Of a stretch of 20,011 nt of DNA, positions 1 to 8,954 are shown in pieces. Position 1 is the first letter of the stretch, and each line of letters begins with the position of its first letter. A program made the position numbers and the translations under genes. The DNA lies in assembly GCA_046483305.1 (NCBI GenBank), contig JAWODM010000067.1, forward strand, positions 1-20,011. Reading direction: 5' to 3'. The notes under the pieces are model-generated. The model made no database searches and was not told the origin of the DNA. It saw only the letters and a list, made by a program, of their open reading frames with translations. This stretch comes from Candidatus Krumholzibacteriales bacterium (GTDB taxonomy: Bacteria > Krumholzibacteriota > Krumholzibacteriia > Krumholzibacteriales > WJIX01).

Positions 1-22
1 CGGTTACTGATTTGTAATTTAA

Positions 23-604
23 ATGAAAGAGTTTGAATTGCTGAAAGATACCATAGGAAGAAGAATATTGTTTGTGCTGCTGGCGCTGGTTGTGGCGGTG
101 GCGGTGATAGTGCTGGTAGCCAGATGGGACAGAACGAAAAGGCAGCAGCGGCCGCCGGTGGTCCGGGAGGTGCCCGGCGAGACCCGCACCATCACTGTCT
201 TTTACGGAAACCGCGATGCCACTGAACTGGTGGAGGAGACCAGGGAAATTACCACTGCCGGCGACGGCCTGGAGTACGAGGTGAAGGAGGCGCTCGGCGC
301 GCTCCTGGAGGAGCCCGGGGATAAAGACCTGGTATCGGCCATTCCGAAAGGGACCAGGATACTGCGGGTGTTCTGGGTGGAGGAGGAAAAGACCGTATAC
401 CTGGATTTCAACGGGGCCCTTACCGCCAACCACCCGGGAGGGTCAGTCTCCGAGTATTTTACCATCAAGGTGATATTAAAGACCATCAGCGCCAATTTCC
501 CTCAGATAGCGAGGGTTCAGATACTGGTCAGCGGATACCCGGTGGAGACCATAGCGGGCCATTACGGGGTCAGCGAGCCCCTGGATGTCAGGAAGTGGCG
601 CTGA
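23..604 (+). CDS. GerMN (Germane) domain protein with N-terminal membrane anchor
   Basis: N-terminal TM helix. GerMN-like motifs 'ALGALLEEP..LVSAIPKGTRIL', 'VYLDFN', 'GGSVSEY', 'NFPQIARVQILVSG..ETIAGH'. Adjacent to murI-rph. Confidence 0.85.
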   Translation: MKEFELLKDTIGRRILFVLLALVVAVAVIVLVARWDRTKRQQRPPVVREVPGETRTITVFYGNRDATELVEETREITTAGDGLEYEVKEALGALLEEPGDKDLVSAIPKGTRILRVFWVEEEKTVYLDFNGALTANHPGGSVSEYFTIKVILKTISANFPQIARVQILVSGYPVETIAGHYGVSEPLDVRKWR

Positions 605-622
605 AGGGGGCGGAAAGTTGAT

Positions 623-1516
623 ATGAAGAATCTGAGAGATAAACCTGTCGGGGTATTCGACTCCGGTATCGGGGGCCTGACGGTGGTGCGGGCTCTGATG
701 GAGCGCCTGCCGGGGGAGGATTTCATATACTTCGGCGACAGCGCCAGGGTCCCCTACGGCAGCAAGAGGCCGGAGACGGTGCGGAGGTTCTCCCGCGAGA
801 ACCTGGAGTTTCTGAAATCCAAGGATGTGAAACTGATAGTGTTCGCCTGCAATACCGCCTCGGCGCTGGCCCTGCCGGCACTCAAGAACGAGGAAGCGCT
901 TCCCATGACCGGGGTGATACTGCCGGGGGCAAGGTCCGCCGCCGCTGCCACCAGAAACGGGAAGGTCGCGGTGATAGGCACCACCGCCACTGTCCGCTCC
1001 GGGGCGTACGAAGAGGCGATCATCTCCATAAACAGCGACATTTCAATCATCAGCGTCCCCTGCCCGCTGTTCGTCTCACTGGCCGAGGAGGGATGGACTG
1101 ATAATGAAGTGGCCAGGTTGACCGCCGAGAGGTACCTGGAGCCGGTAATAGAGTCCGGAGCGGATACGCTGGTGCTGGGATGCACCCACTATCCGCTGCT
1201 TAAGGGGGTCATCTCGTCTGTGATGGGCCCGGAGGTGCGGCTGGTCGACTCCGCGACCGAATGCGCCGCGGAGGTGGAATCTATCCTGGAGAGCGGGTCG
1301 ATGAAGAACAGCTCCGGCAGAGAGGGAAGTATCAGGGTATACATGAGCGACCTGCCATACAGGTTCCGCGAGACCGGAGAGAGGTTCCTGTCCAGGTCGA
1401 TCGGGGATATCGAGAAGGTTCAGATGCAGAAAAAGGAAAGGAATTTATGGTCCGAAGTGACGGAAGAAAGAGAAGAGATCAGGTCAGGGAAATCAGGTTC
1501 AGAAGAAGGTTCGTAA
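623..1516 (+). CDS. murI: Glutamate racemase
   Basis: Motifs 'GVFDSGIGGLTV', 'YFGDSARVPYG', and catalytic 'ACNTAS' and 'LGCTHYP'. Confidence 0.97.
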   Translation: MKNLRDKPVGVFDSGIGGLTVVRALMERLPGEDFIYFGDSARVPYGSKRPETVRRFSRENLEFLKSKDVKLIVFACNTASALALPALKNEEALPMTGVILPGARSAAAATRNGKVAVIGTTATVRSGAYEEAIISINSDISIISVPCPLFVSLAEEGWTDNEVARLTAERYLEPVIESGADTLVLGCTHYPLLKGVISSVMGPEVRLVDSATECAAEVESILESGSMKNSSGREGSIRVYMSDLPYRFRETGERFLSRSIGDIEKVQMQKKERNLWSEVTEEREEIRSGKSGSEEGS

Positions 1517-2160
1517 AGAGCGCCGATTCCTCTGTGCTGGCTGAGATGGGAAATACCAGGGTGCTCTGCGTGGCTACCGTGGAGGAACGGGTGCCCGGGT
1601 TCCTCAGGGGGACCGGAAGCGGCTGGGTGACCGCCGAGTACTCCATGCTTCCCCGCTCCAGCCCCAGGAGGATACCCCGCGAATCCAGGCGGGGGCACCT
1701 GAAGGGAAGAACCCAGGAGATCCAGCGGCTGATCGGAAGGTCTCTCAGGCAGGCGGTGGACCTTTCCGCCCTGGGCGAGAGGACCGTTGTGATAGACTGC
1801 GACGTGATAGAGGCGGACGGGGGAACCAGGACCGCCGCCGTTAACGGAGGGTTCGTGGCTCTTTTTGCGGCGCTGAAAAGGATGAAACTTGCGGAGAGCT
1901 GCATCGTAAACATGATAGGCGCTGTGAGCCTGGGCATCCTGAAGGGAAAGGTTCACCTTGACCTTGACTACAGCGAGGATTTCACCGCGGAGGCCGATAT
2001 CAATGTGGTAATGAACGAACAGGGCGGTATTATAGAGATACAGGGAACCGCCGAGGAACGCCCCTTCAGCGAGGAGCAGCTCGGAAGGGTAATAAAGTCC
2101 GCGCGGCGCGGGATAAAGAAAATCATAAAGGCGCAGAAGAAAGTTCTGAGAATCAGATGA
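1447..2160 (+). CDS. rph: Ribonuclease PH (start re-assigned to ATG 1447, 237 aa)
   Basis: N-terminus 'MVRSDGR'; motifs 'GWVTAEYSMLPR', 'GRTQEIQRLIGRSLR', 'DCDVIEADGGTRTA', 'IEIQGTAE'. Purine-rich RBS (aaggaaagga) just upstream of 1447. Confidence 0.96.
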   Translation: MVRSDGRKRRDQVREIRFRRRFVKSADSSVLAEMGNTRVLCVATVEERVPGFLRGTGSGWVTAEYSMLPRSSPRRIPRESRRGHLKGRTQEIQRLIGRSLRQAVDLSALGERTVVIDCDVIEADGGTRTAAVNGGFVALFAALKRMKLAESCIVNMIGAVSLGILKGKVHLDLDYSEDFTAEADINVVMNEQGGIIEIQGTAEERPFSEEQLGRVIKSARRGIKKIIKAQKKVLRIR

Positions 2161-2825
2161 AGATAGTACTGGCAACCGGAAACCTGGGAAAGATAGCAGA
2201 GATCAGGAAGATCCTCTCGGATATCGATATCGAGGTTCTGACCTTCGAGGATTTTGACTCATTTCCGGACCCGGAAGAGACCGGCGTCTCTTTCCTGGAA
2301 AACTCTCTGATAAAGTCGAAGGCGGTTCATGAACAGACCGGCCTTCCCGCACTGGCGGACGACTCCGGCCTGGAGGTGGATTGCCTGGACGGCGCTCCCG
2401 GAATCATGTCCGCGAGATACGGCGGAGATGGGCTGGACGACCGGCACAGGTACCTGAAGCTGCTTGAGGATATGGCGGGGGTGCCCGGCGAAGAAAGGAC
2501 CGCCAGGTTCAGGTGCGTGATGACATTCTACCCGGTGGATGCGGATGCGCAATTTTCCCCTCCTCCCGGACTGGATAAGAGAGATTCCCTGAAGATGCCG
2601 GGGGAGGAAAAAATCGCTCTGGTGACCGAGGGCTTTCTCTACGGGAAGATAGCGGAACAGCCGGCCGGAGAGGGCGGTTTCGGGTACGACCCGGTATTTT
2701 ATATCCCGGAGGAGGGAATGACAGCGGCTCAGCTGCTGCCGGAAAGAAAGAACAGTATCAGCCACCGCTACCGGGCGCTGGTTGAGATGAAGAGGCTTCT
2801 GAAGCACTGCTGCGCCGGCGGATAA
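2157..2825 (+). CDS. rdgB: Non-canonical purine NTP pyrophosphatase (RdgB/HAM1 family)
   Basis: Motifs 'LATGNLGK', 'ADDSGLEVD.LDGAPG', 'GFGYDPVF', 'KNSISHR'. ATGA overlap with rph. Confidence 0.95.
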   Translation: MKIVLATGNLGKIAEIRKILSDIDIEVLTFEDFDSFPDPEETGVSFLENSLIKSKAVHEQTGLPALADDSGLEVDCLDGAPGIMSARYGGDGLDDRHRYLKLLEDMAGVPGEERTARFRCVMTFYPVDADAQFSPPPGLDKRDSLKMPGEEKIALVTEGFLYGKIAEQPAGEGGFGYDPVFYIPEEGMTAAQLLPERKNSISHRYRALVEMKRLLKHCCAGG

Positions 2826-2879
2826 AATATCAGGCCGCGGTACCGGGGGAATATTCAGTATTTAACGGAGGAGTCAGAG

Positions 2880-3800
2880 TTGCTTGAAATCAGTCATGTA
2901 ACCAAGAGGTTCGACGGAACCACTGCCGTGGATGACCTCTCCCTGGTGGTCGAGCCGGGAGGGATCTACGGCCTGCTGGGCCCCAACGGGGCGGGCAAGT
3001 CGACCACCATCAGGATGATCATGGGGATCATCGAGCCGGACCAGGGCCGGGTGAAGCTGTTCGACAGCCCGTTCAGCGAACAGGTCAAGGAGCGTATAGG
3101 ATATCTTCCTGAAGAGCGCGGGCTTTACCGGAAGATGAAGGTGCTGGACCACCTGGTCTTTCTGGGAGAGATCAAGGGCGTCAGCGGGGATACCGCCAGG
3201 AAGAGAGCCGCCGAGTGGCTGGAGAGGGTGGATCTGTCGGAATGGGCGGACAGGAATGTGGAAGCCCTGTCCAAGGGGATGCAGCAGAAGGTGCAGTTCA
3301 TCTCCACCATTCTCCACGACCCGCAGCTGGTGATTCTGGACGAGCCGTTCGCCGGGCTGGACCCGATCAACACCCAGCTTCTGAAGGATATCGTGGAGGA
3401 GATGAAGGAAAGAGGAAAAACGGTGGTCCTCTCCACTCACCTGATGGACCAGGTGGAGAAGCTCTGCGAGAGGATCTGCCTTATCAATAAGGGGCGGAAG
3501 GTGATCGAAGGCCAGCTCTCCGATATAAAGAGGGAGTTCGGAAGGAATGTGATGACCGTGAGATTTTCCGGGGCCCGGTCCTTACTGGAAAACGACAGCA
3601 GGGTGGCCTCGGTGAGAAGCTTCGGCCAGGAGCTTTCATTAACCCTCAAGGAGGATGTGAACCCCAGAGATATCGTCATGCTGGCCCTGGAGCACGGAGA
3701 GGTGGAAAAGTTCGAGGTGGGGGAGGTGTCCCTGCATGATATATTCATTGCCAAGGTCACTGAAGAAGGGGAGGTGAACCTGGATGAAGAAGCTGTATAA
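2880..3800 (+). CDS. ABC-2 type transporter ATP-binding subunit (NatA/YhaQ-like)
   Basis: Walker A GPNGAGKST, signature LSKGMQQK, Walker B VILDEP, H-loop STH. TTG start after GGAGGAG. Confidence 0.93.
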   Translation: MLEISHVTKRFDGTTAVDDLSLVVEPGGIYGLLGPNGAGKSTTIRMIMGIIEPDQGRVKLFDSPFSEQVKERIGYLPEERGLYRKMKVLDHLVFLGEIKGVSGDTARKRAAEWLERVDLSEWADRNVEALSKGMQQKVQFISTILHDPQLVILDEPFAGLDPINTQLLKDIVEEMKERGKTVVLSTHLMDQVEKLCERICLINKGRKVIEGQLSDIKREFGRNVMTVRFSGARSLLENDSRVASVRSFGQELSLTLKEDVNPRDIVMLALEHGEVEKFEVGEVSLHDIFIAKVTEEGEVNLDEEAV

Positions 3801-5049
3801 GGTAGCCAGGAGAGAATACACCCAGAGGGTAAAGAAGAAGAGTTTTCTGATCGGGACATTGCTGGGGCCGGTCCTTATGGCTGTTTTCATCCTGGCCCCG
3901 ATGTTCCTGCTCCGGCATACCGGAGAGGAACAGACCGGGATGGCGGTCATAGATATGACCGGAAAAATCTACTCCGAGTTCAGCGAGGCGCTGACCGACA
4001 CCCTGGATAACGGAAGCAGGATGTTCAGCCTGGAGAAGCTGGAGGTTTCCGGCCGGCAGGAATTCGAGAGTATGAAATCCTCTCTTAATGAGCGTGTCAG
4101 CAACGGTACCCTGGACGGGTACCTGTATATACCCGGGGATGTGGTGGAAGAGGGGGGAGCTACCTTCTATGGTAAGAAGGTGGGGAATATCAAGACCCTG
4201 AGCAGGATCGAATCCGAGCTGAACAATATCATTATCAGCAAGCGCCTCAGGGATGAGGGGATGGACTACTCCAGGGTTAAGGGACTTTTCGAGAGGACCG
4301 ACCTGAAGACCGTTCAGGTGCAGAGGGGAGAGGAGAAGGAGAGCAGCTTCGATATCATCTACATGACCACCTTCATATTCATAATGCTGCTTTATGTCAC
4401 CATCCTGATGTGGGGCGTGGCGGTGGAGAGGAGCATCATAGAGGAGAAGAATAACAGGGTAATAGAGGTTCTTCTCTCTTCGCTGAGGCCGTTCGATCTG
4501 CTGGGAGGGAAGATCCTCGGAGTCGGGGCGGTAGGGCTGACCCAGTACCTGATCTGGGGGGCAGCCGCCTTTCTCCTGTCTCTCTACGGGGTTTCCATGG
4601 GCGGCCCGATGGCTGATATGGGCGCCCTGTCCATTTCCACAATTATCTTCTTCGTGGTCTTTTACCTTCTGGGGTTCCTCTTCTACGCCACCATCTTCGC
4701 TGCGATCGGTTCTATCTGCAACAGCGACCAGGAGGCGCAGCAGATACAGACTCCGGTGGTTATGTGCCTGGTTTTCACCATTATCATACCGATAGTGGTA
4801 ATCCAGAGCCCGGACGGCGCCTTTGCCACGGTGATTTCTCTGATACCGCTGTTCACTCCCACGGTGATGTTCATGAGGATCAACGTGCTGATGCCGCCCG
4901 CCTGGCAGATAGCGCTCAGTATAGTTCTGATGCTGGCGGCAACCTATATTATGGGACAGATTTCAGCCAGGATATTCAGGACCGGGATTCTGATGTACGG
5001 AAAGAGGCCGGACGCGAGAGAGATTCTTAAATGGCTGAGAAGGTCCTGA
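3784..5049 (+). CDS. ABC-2 type transporter permease (NatB/YhaP-like)
   Basis: One N-terminal TM, a large extracytoplasmic loop, then several TMs. Motif 'EEKNNRVIEVLLSS..LLGGKILG'. Overlaps the ATPase gene by 17 nt. Confidence 0.9.
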   Translation: MKKLYKVARREYTQRVKKKSFLIGTLLGPVLMAVFILAPMFLLRHTGEEQTGMAVIDMTGKIYSEFSEALTDTLDNGSRMFSLEKLEVSGRQEFESMKSSLNERVSNGTLDGYLYIPGDVVEEGGATFYGKKVGNIKTLSRIESELNNIIISKRLRDEGMDYSRVKGLFERTDLKTVQVQRGEEKESSFDIIYMTTFIFIMLLYVTILMWGVAVERSIIEEKNNRVIEVLLSSLRPFDLLGGKILGVGAVGLTQYLIWGAAAFLLSLYGVSMGGPMADMGALSISTIIFFVVFYLLGFLFYATIFAAIGSICNSDQEAQQIQTPVVMCLVFTIIIPIVVIQSPDGAFATVISLIPLFTPTVMFMRINVLMPPAWQIALSIVLMLAATYIMGQISARIFRTGILMYGKRPDAREILKWLRRS

Positions 5050-5069
5050 TCCGAAAGAGTTGTGGCTGA

Positions 5070-5654
5070 TCAGAAACTGATATTGCAGTAGTTGACCTTG
5101 ATGGTGAGGTACCCGTTAAAATCGCCGTCTTCGGGGACCTTGAACATGTTGTATTCCAGCTCCGCTCCCACTCCGTTGGTCAGGAGGAACCAGTAATCCA
5201 CTCCCACCGAGACAGAGCCCCCGGGGCAGTTGGCGGAACTGTTGACCGAACCGACCTTGAGCCCTCCCAGGTGAACCTGGGTCCTGTATACGCCGGCAGA
5301 GGCGGCGCCGTATATCTTGAACATCCTGGAATAGTTGTACAGGTATTTGACCTGGAGAGCAAAGGGAATGACTCCGAGGTATTTATAGAAGTTATTGGGG
5401 GTTTTCTGCATGGATATGATATCGAAACCGGCCTTTAATCCCACGCATATATTTCTGGTGAACATTTTGCCGGCGAATATGTTGCCGCCGAAGCTGGGGT
5501 TGTCGGCATCTTCGACTCCCATCGGAATATTGAATGTCCCTCCGAAATGAACCAGGTTCTTTGGGGCGCTGGCCTGCGCCATCAGGCTTCCTGAGAAAGC
5601 CAGGAGCAATATTATAGTAATTCCCGCTATCGAGAGAGCATTATTCGTTTTCAC
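5070..5654 (-). CDS. Small outer-membrane beta-barrel protein (OmpW/OmpA-TM-like)
   Basis: Signal peptide, alternating amphipathic beta-strands ('GVIPFALQVKY', 'GGSVSVGVDYW') and C-terminal Phe. GTG start after GGAGG. Confidence 0.7.
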   Translation of the reverse strand: MKTNNALSIAGITIILLLAFSGSLMAQASAPKNLVHFGGTFNIPMGVEDADNPSFGGNIFAGKMFTRNICVGLKAGFDIISMQKTPNNFYKYLGVIPFALQVKYLYNYSRMFKIYGAASAGVYRTQVHLGGLKVGSVNSSANCPGGSVSVGVDYWFLLTNGVGAELEYNMFKVPEDGDFNGYLTIKVNYCNISF

Positions 5655-5879
5655 TGGAGTCCTCCGATCTGATTGAAATTAAATTATTGTCTATTTTGAT
5701 ATAATAAAATGATCCACTGCAGTCAAGCCGTTTTGACGGGGGGTATTAACTATTGGGCGGCCGTTTCAGGCCCCGTTTAATCGATTGAAAAAGGTTCGGA
5801 TTTCAGGTAATCTCACCCTGTCATCCGGCCGGTGTATGCTCAAACGGCCTCTGGGGGCCGGCAGCGCAGGGAGAGGGAT

Positions 5880-7118
5880 TTGAAGATACTGATGGTTCAG
5901 AAATACCACTACCGCAGGGGAGGGGACTCGGTCTATATGTTCAATCTGGCCGCCGCCCTGCGCCGGGAAGGCCACCAGGTTGCCCATTTCTCCATGCATC
6001 ATCCCGAAAACGATGCCTCCGAATACTCCGGTTATTTTGCCTCGGAGATAGATTTCCCCGCCCTTCTGGAGAAGTCCTCGCCAGCGGCCGGATGGAAGGT
6101 TCTCTCCAGGAGCGTCTACAACCGGGAGGCCAGGGACAGGATATCGGCGCTGATCGGAGACTTCAGGCCCGATATCGCGCATTTTCACAATATCCATGAC
6201 CATCTGACCACATCGATAATCAAACCGCTCAGGAGCAGGGGGGTCCCGATAGTCTGGACCTGTCATGATTACCGCCTGGTCTGCCCCAACTCCAACTTCC
6301 TGTCCGGCAGGAAGGTCTGCGAACGCTGCCTGCCCGGAAAGTTCTATAACGTATTGATTCACAGGTGCAAGAAGCGCAGCCTGGCTGCCAGCTTCGTCGC
6401 CATGCTGGCGAGCTACTCGGACCGCATTCGTGGTGTGTTCAGAAGGGTGGACCGCTTTATAGCCCCCAGCGCCTTCATGAAGAGCAAACTGGCGGCGGGG
6501 GGTATAGCCCCGGAAAAGATCGCGGTGATCCCCAACTTTATTGATACTGAGAGCTACCATCCTTCAGGCGAGGAGGGAGATTATATAATCTATTTCGGCC
6601 GATTGAGTTATGAGAAGGGTGTGGATATACTGATTCGGGCCTTCGAGGGCGTGGAGGGTGTGAGGCTGGTGATAGCCGGTGACGGGCCGGATAGAGAGAA
6701 TCTGGAAAACCTGGCGGCCGAGCTTAATCTGGCCGGCGTGGAATTTGCCGGGTTTCGACAGCAGGATGACCTGAAAAAACTGGTCGCGGACTCCAGATTC
6801 GTTATTCTTCCCTCCCGCTGGTACGAGAACCTCCCCTTCTCCATTATGGAATCGTTCGCCCTGGGAAAACCGGTGGTCGCTTCCGATATAGGCGGCATAC
6901 CGGAGATGGTTGAGGATGGCGTTAACGGGCTGCTCTTTCCACCGGGGGATGAAGGCCGTCTGCGGGAGCAGATGCAGAGGCTGCTCTCCGGCCGGGAGCT
7001 GAGAAGAAGTATGGGAGGCGAGGGAAGGGAGAAAGCCAGGAAACTTTACAGCAGCTCAACTCATTATAAGGGTATAATAGGCGTTTACAGGAATATACTC
7101 AATCCGGTCTTTAATTGA
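5880..7118 (+). CDS. Glycosyltransferase family 4 (GT-B fold); probable start TTG 5880
   Basis: 'MKILMV..YHYRRGG', 'YFGRLSYEKG', 'PSRWYENLPFSIMES', 'VASDIGGIPE'. RBS gagaggga precedes TTG at 5880. Confidence 0.92.
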   Translation: MKILMVQKYHYRRGGDSVYMFNLAAALRREGHQVAHFSMHHPENDASEYSGYFASEIDFPALLEKSSPAAGWKVLSRSVYNREARDRISALIGDFRPDIAHFHNIHDHLTTSIIKPLRSRGVPIVWTCHDYRLVCPNSNFLSGRKVCERCLPGKFYNVLIHRCKKRSLAASFVAMLASYSDRIRGVFRRVDRFIAPSAFMKSKLAAGGIAPEKIAVIPNFIDTESYHPSGEEGDYIIYFGRLSYEKGVDILIRAFEGVEGVRLVIAGDGPDRENLENLAAELNLAGVEFAGFRQQDDLKKLVADSRFVILPSRWYENLPFSIMESFALGKPVVASDIGGIPEMVEDGVNGLLFPPGDEGRLREQMQRLLSGRELRRSMGGEGREKARKLYSSSTHYKGIIGVYRNILNPVFN

Positions 7119-7359
7119 AAAGTTCCACCCATTCCTGTAAGCCGCCACGGCAAATAAATACCCTGCGCTTTTGATGAATAATTCTCCCTGAAGTGTCAAA
7201 TCCCGGCAAAATATTTTATCTTTAATGCATTAATCTGATACGGCATAATATAAATATTATGGCGGCCGGTATGGCCGAGGGTAGAGTTACGCTGTATTAT
7301 CACCGCTGGTTTACACTGACAACAGATTTTTTCTTTAAAGAAAAAGGAGGGTTATTCTG

Positions 7360-8178
7360 ATGCGATATCCAAAAGGGCCCCTGATTGGGGCTATCGCCAT
7401 CCTGTGGCTGATGTTTTCAGTTTCGGCGGGAGGGGCGCCCGCCCGCCCGCTGCATTTCAGCCGCCCCACCAAACTGATGAACGTTGAGACCGGATACCTT
7501 CTCAGCGAGGAGGCCGGGAGGTTAAAAATAGGAATAGGTGAATCCGGTTACGGGATTCATCCGAGGGTACAGATAACCACCAACACCATGCTTGACGTAT
7601 TCTCATTTCTTAACGCCCAGGTGAAGCTTGGCCTGTTAATGGAAAAGGGTGATTTGCCGGCCCTGGCGATTGGCGCCGGTTACTATAATCTCGTCGGATC
7701 AGGGTTTATTGTGGAAGGTATTACAGAGGAAGCTTTTTCCGTAGAGGAAGAACTGGTGCTTGATTCGGGGCTGGACAGCTGGTACCTGCACATTTCTCTG
7801 AGCAGGCATCTTCGTGATAGGATAAGAGTGCATCTGAGCTACCAGTACCGTTATATATCAGGGTATTTCGAATCTGATGAACCTGTAACCCTGACATCGG
7901 GAGACGAAGAGGTGGCCGTTTACGCCTCCCTGGACCAGAGCGTGTACCACAGGTCGGTGATGGCGGCAATTGACGCTGACCTGGGCGGCAGTGCAAAGGT
8001 TCTGCTGGAAATGGGATATGACGGCTCTTATGAGAAATTCCGGGGAGGTTTTGCCCTGCGCCTGGCCGCAACCCGGCGCTTAGCAGTTCAGGCGGGGGTT
8101 CTCTGGCCCGGAATAGACCTGGGTGACGATTTTGAAATGCCGGTTATTCCAAACCTGGCGCTGTTCTGGAGGTATTAA
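7360..8178 (+). CDS. Hypothetical outer-membrane beta-barrel protein (weak YjbH-like resemblance)
   Basis: Strong RBS aaggaggg, signal peptide, amphipathic strands, C-terminal beta-signal-like 'LALFWRY'. Confidence 0.6.
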   Translation: MRYPKGPLIGAIAILWLMFSVSAGGAPARPLHFSRPTKLMNVETGYLLSEEAGRLKIGIGESGYGIHPRVQITTNTMLDVFSFLNAQVKLGLLMEKGDLPALAIGAGYYNLVGSGFIVEGITEEAFSVEEELVLDSGLDSWYLHISLSRHLRDRIRVHLSYQYRYISGYFESDEPVTLTSGDEEVAVYASLDQSVYHRSVMAAIDADLGGSAKVLLEMGYDGSYEKFRGGFALRLAATRRLAVQAGVLWPGIDLGDDFEMPVIPNLALFWRY

Positions 8179-8183
8179 AGAAA

Positions 8184-8732
8184 ATGCTGTACTTTAAACG
8201 GATTACCATGGTTTTCCTGTTGATCCCGGTGCTGGCTTTTTCCGGGTGCAGGTCGATTGTAAGAATAAACAACCGGACCGACCCGAAGAATTTCGATCAG
8301 ATAGTGCTGATTACGGGGTCTGATACCTATTACGATGAAATCTCCGTTAATGTCCCGGATGAGCTGAGAAAGGAAGATTATGAAATAACCCGGGTGGAAA
8401 TCTTCGGGGATGTTTCTGCCCAGAGCCTTGGCGCAACGCTGGTAGTAGATCTGTATATAGGGCTGGAGCCGGGAAGCGCCAATCTGGATGACAGCTCAGT
8501 CAACGAGGTTATCGCCTCAGCGGTGCTGACCCCGGAAGACAGAGATGTCGAGATCAGATCGGTGAATTCGGACCTGATCTACAAAGCTCTGGACCATGAG
8601 ACGTTCTGGATGAAGGCAACGATTGATTACCAGGTTTCCTCACTGACAATTATAGATATCAAGAACCTGTACATGGATATACAGCTGGAGCGCGAGACAG
8701 GCGGGCTGTTCCCGATATTGTATCTGTTCTGA
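8184..8732 (+). CDS. Hypothetical lipoprotein
   Basis: Basic N-terminus, hydrophobic stretch and lipobox 'FSG-C' (Cys22). Starts 5 nt after the upstream barrel gene. Confidence 0.7.
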   Translation: MLYFKRITMVFLLIPVLAFSGCRSIVRINNRTDPKNFDQIVLITGSDTYYDEISVNVPDELRKEDYEITRVEIFGDVSAQSLGATLVVDLYIGLEPGSANLDDSSVNEVIASAVLTPEDRDVEIRSVNSDLIYKALDHETFWMKATIDYQVSSLTIIDIKNLYMDIQLERETGGLFPILYLF

Positions 8733-8860
8733 TTTCAGTCCGAAAATACACGCTTTTATTATTCATTTTCCGCCCCGGGCACTTACAATACAATGTTTCC
8801 TTGACTTTATCTCCGGAGGGGGCATTAATTAGATATGCCGGTTATTCGAGAATATCGTGT

Positions 8861-8938
8861 CGGGGTGTGGCGCAGCCCGGTTAGCGCGCCTGCTTTGGGA
8901 GCAGGAAGCCGCCGGTTCAAATCCGGCCACCCCGACCA
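8861..8938 (+). tRNA. tRNA-Pro (anticodon TGG)
   Basis: Acceptor stem CGGGGTG/CACCCCG, anticodon arm cctgc-tt-TGG-ga-gcagg, T-arm gccgg-ttcaaat-ccggc, encoded CCA. Confidence 0.97.
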
Positions 8939-8954
8939 TTAATCCCCTCCATAA

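Noticed and set aside
23..604. GerMN as evidence of sporulation
   Set aside because: GerMN domains are widespread in non-sporulating bacteria, and linkage to murI/rph is a known conserved arrangement.
1261..1446. N-terminal 62 aa of the 299-aa ORF-track call
   Set aside because: Lies inside murI. RNase PH similarity and a good RBS begin at ATG 1447.
1420..6898. Long antisense or alternate-frame ORFs (e.g. 1420-2175, 2259-2807, 2874-3440, 5766-6560)
   Set aside because: They overlap well-supported genes, have no recognisable motifs, and are expected in GC-rich coding DNA.
8801..8830. Promoter for tRNA-Pro (TTGACT...ATTAAT)
   Set aside because: Plausible -35, but no convincing -10 at the proper spacing.
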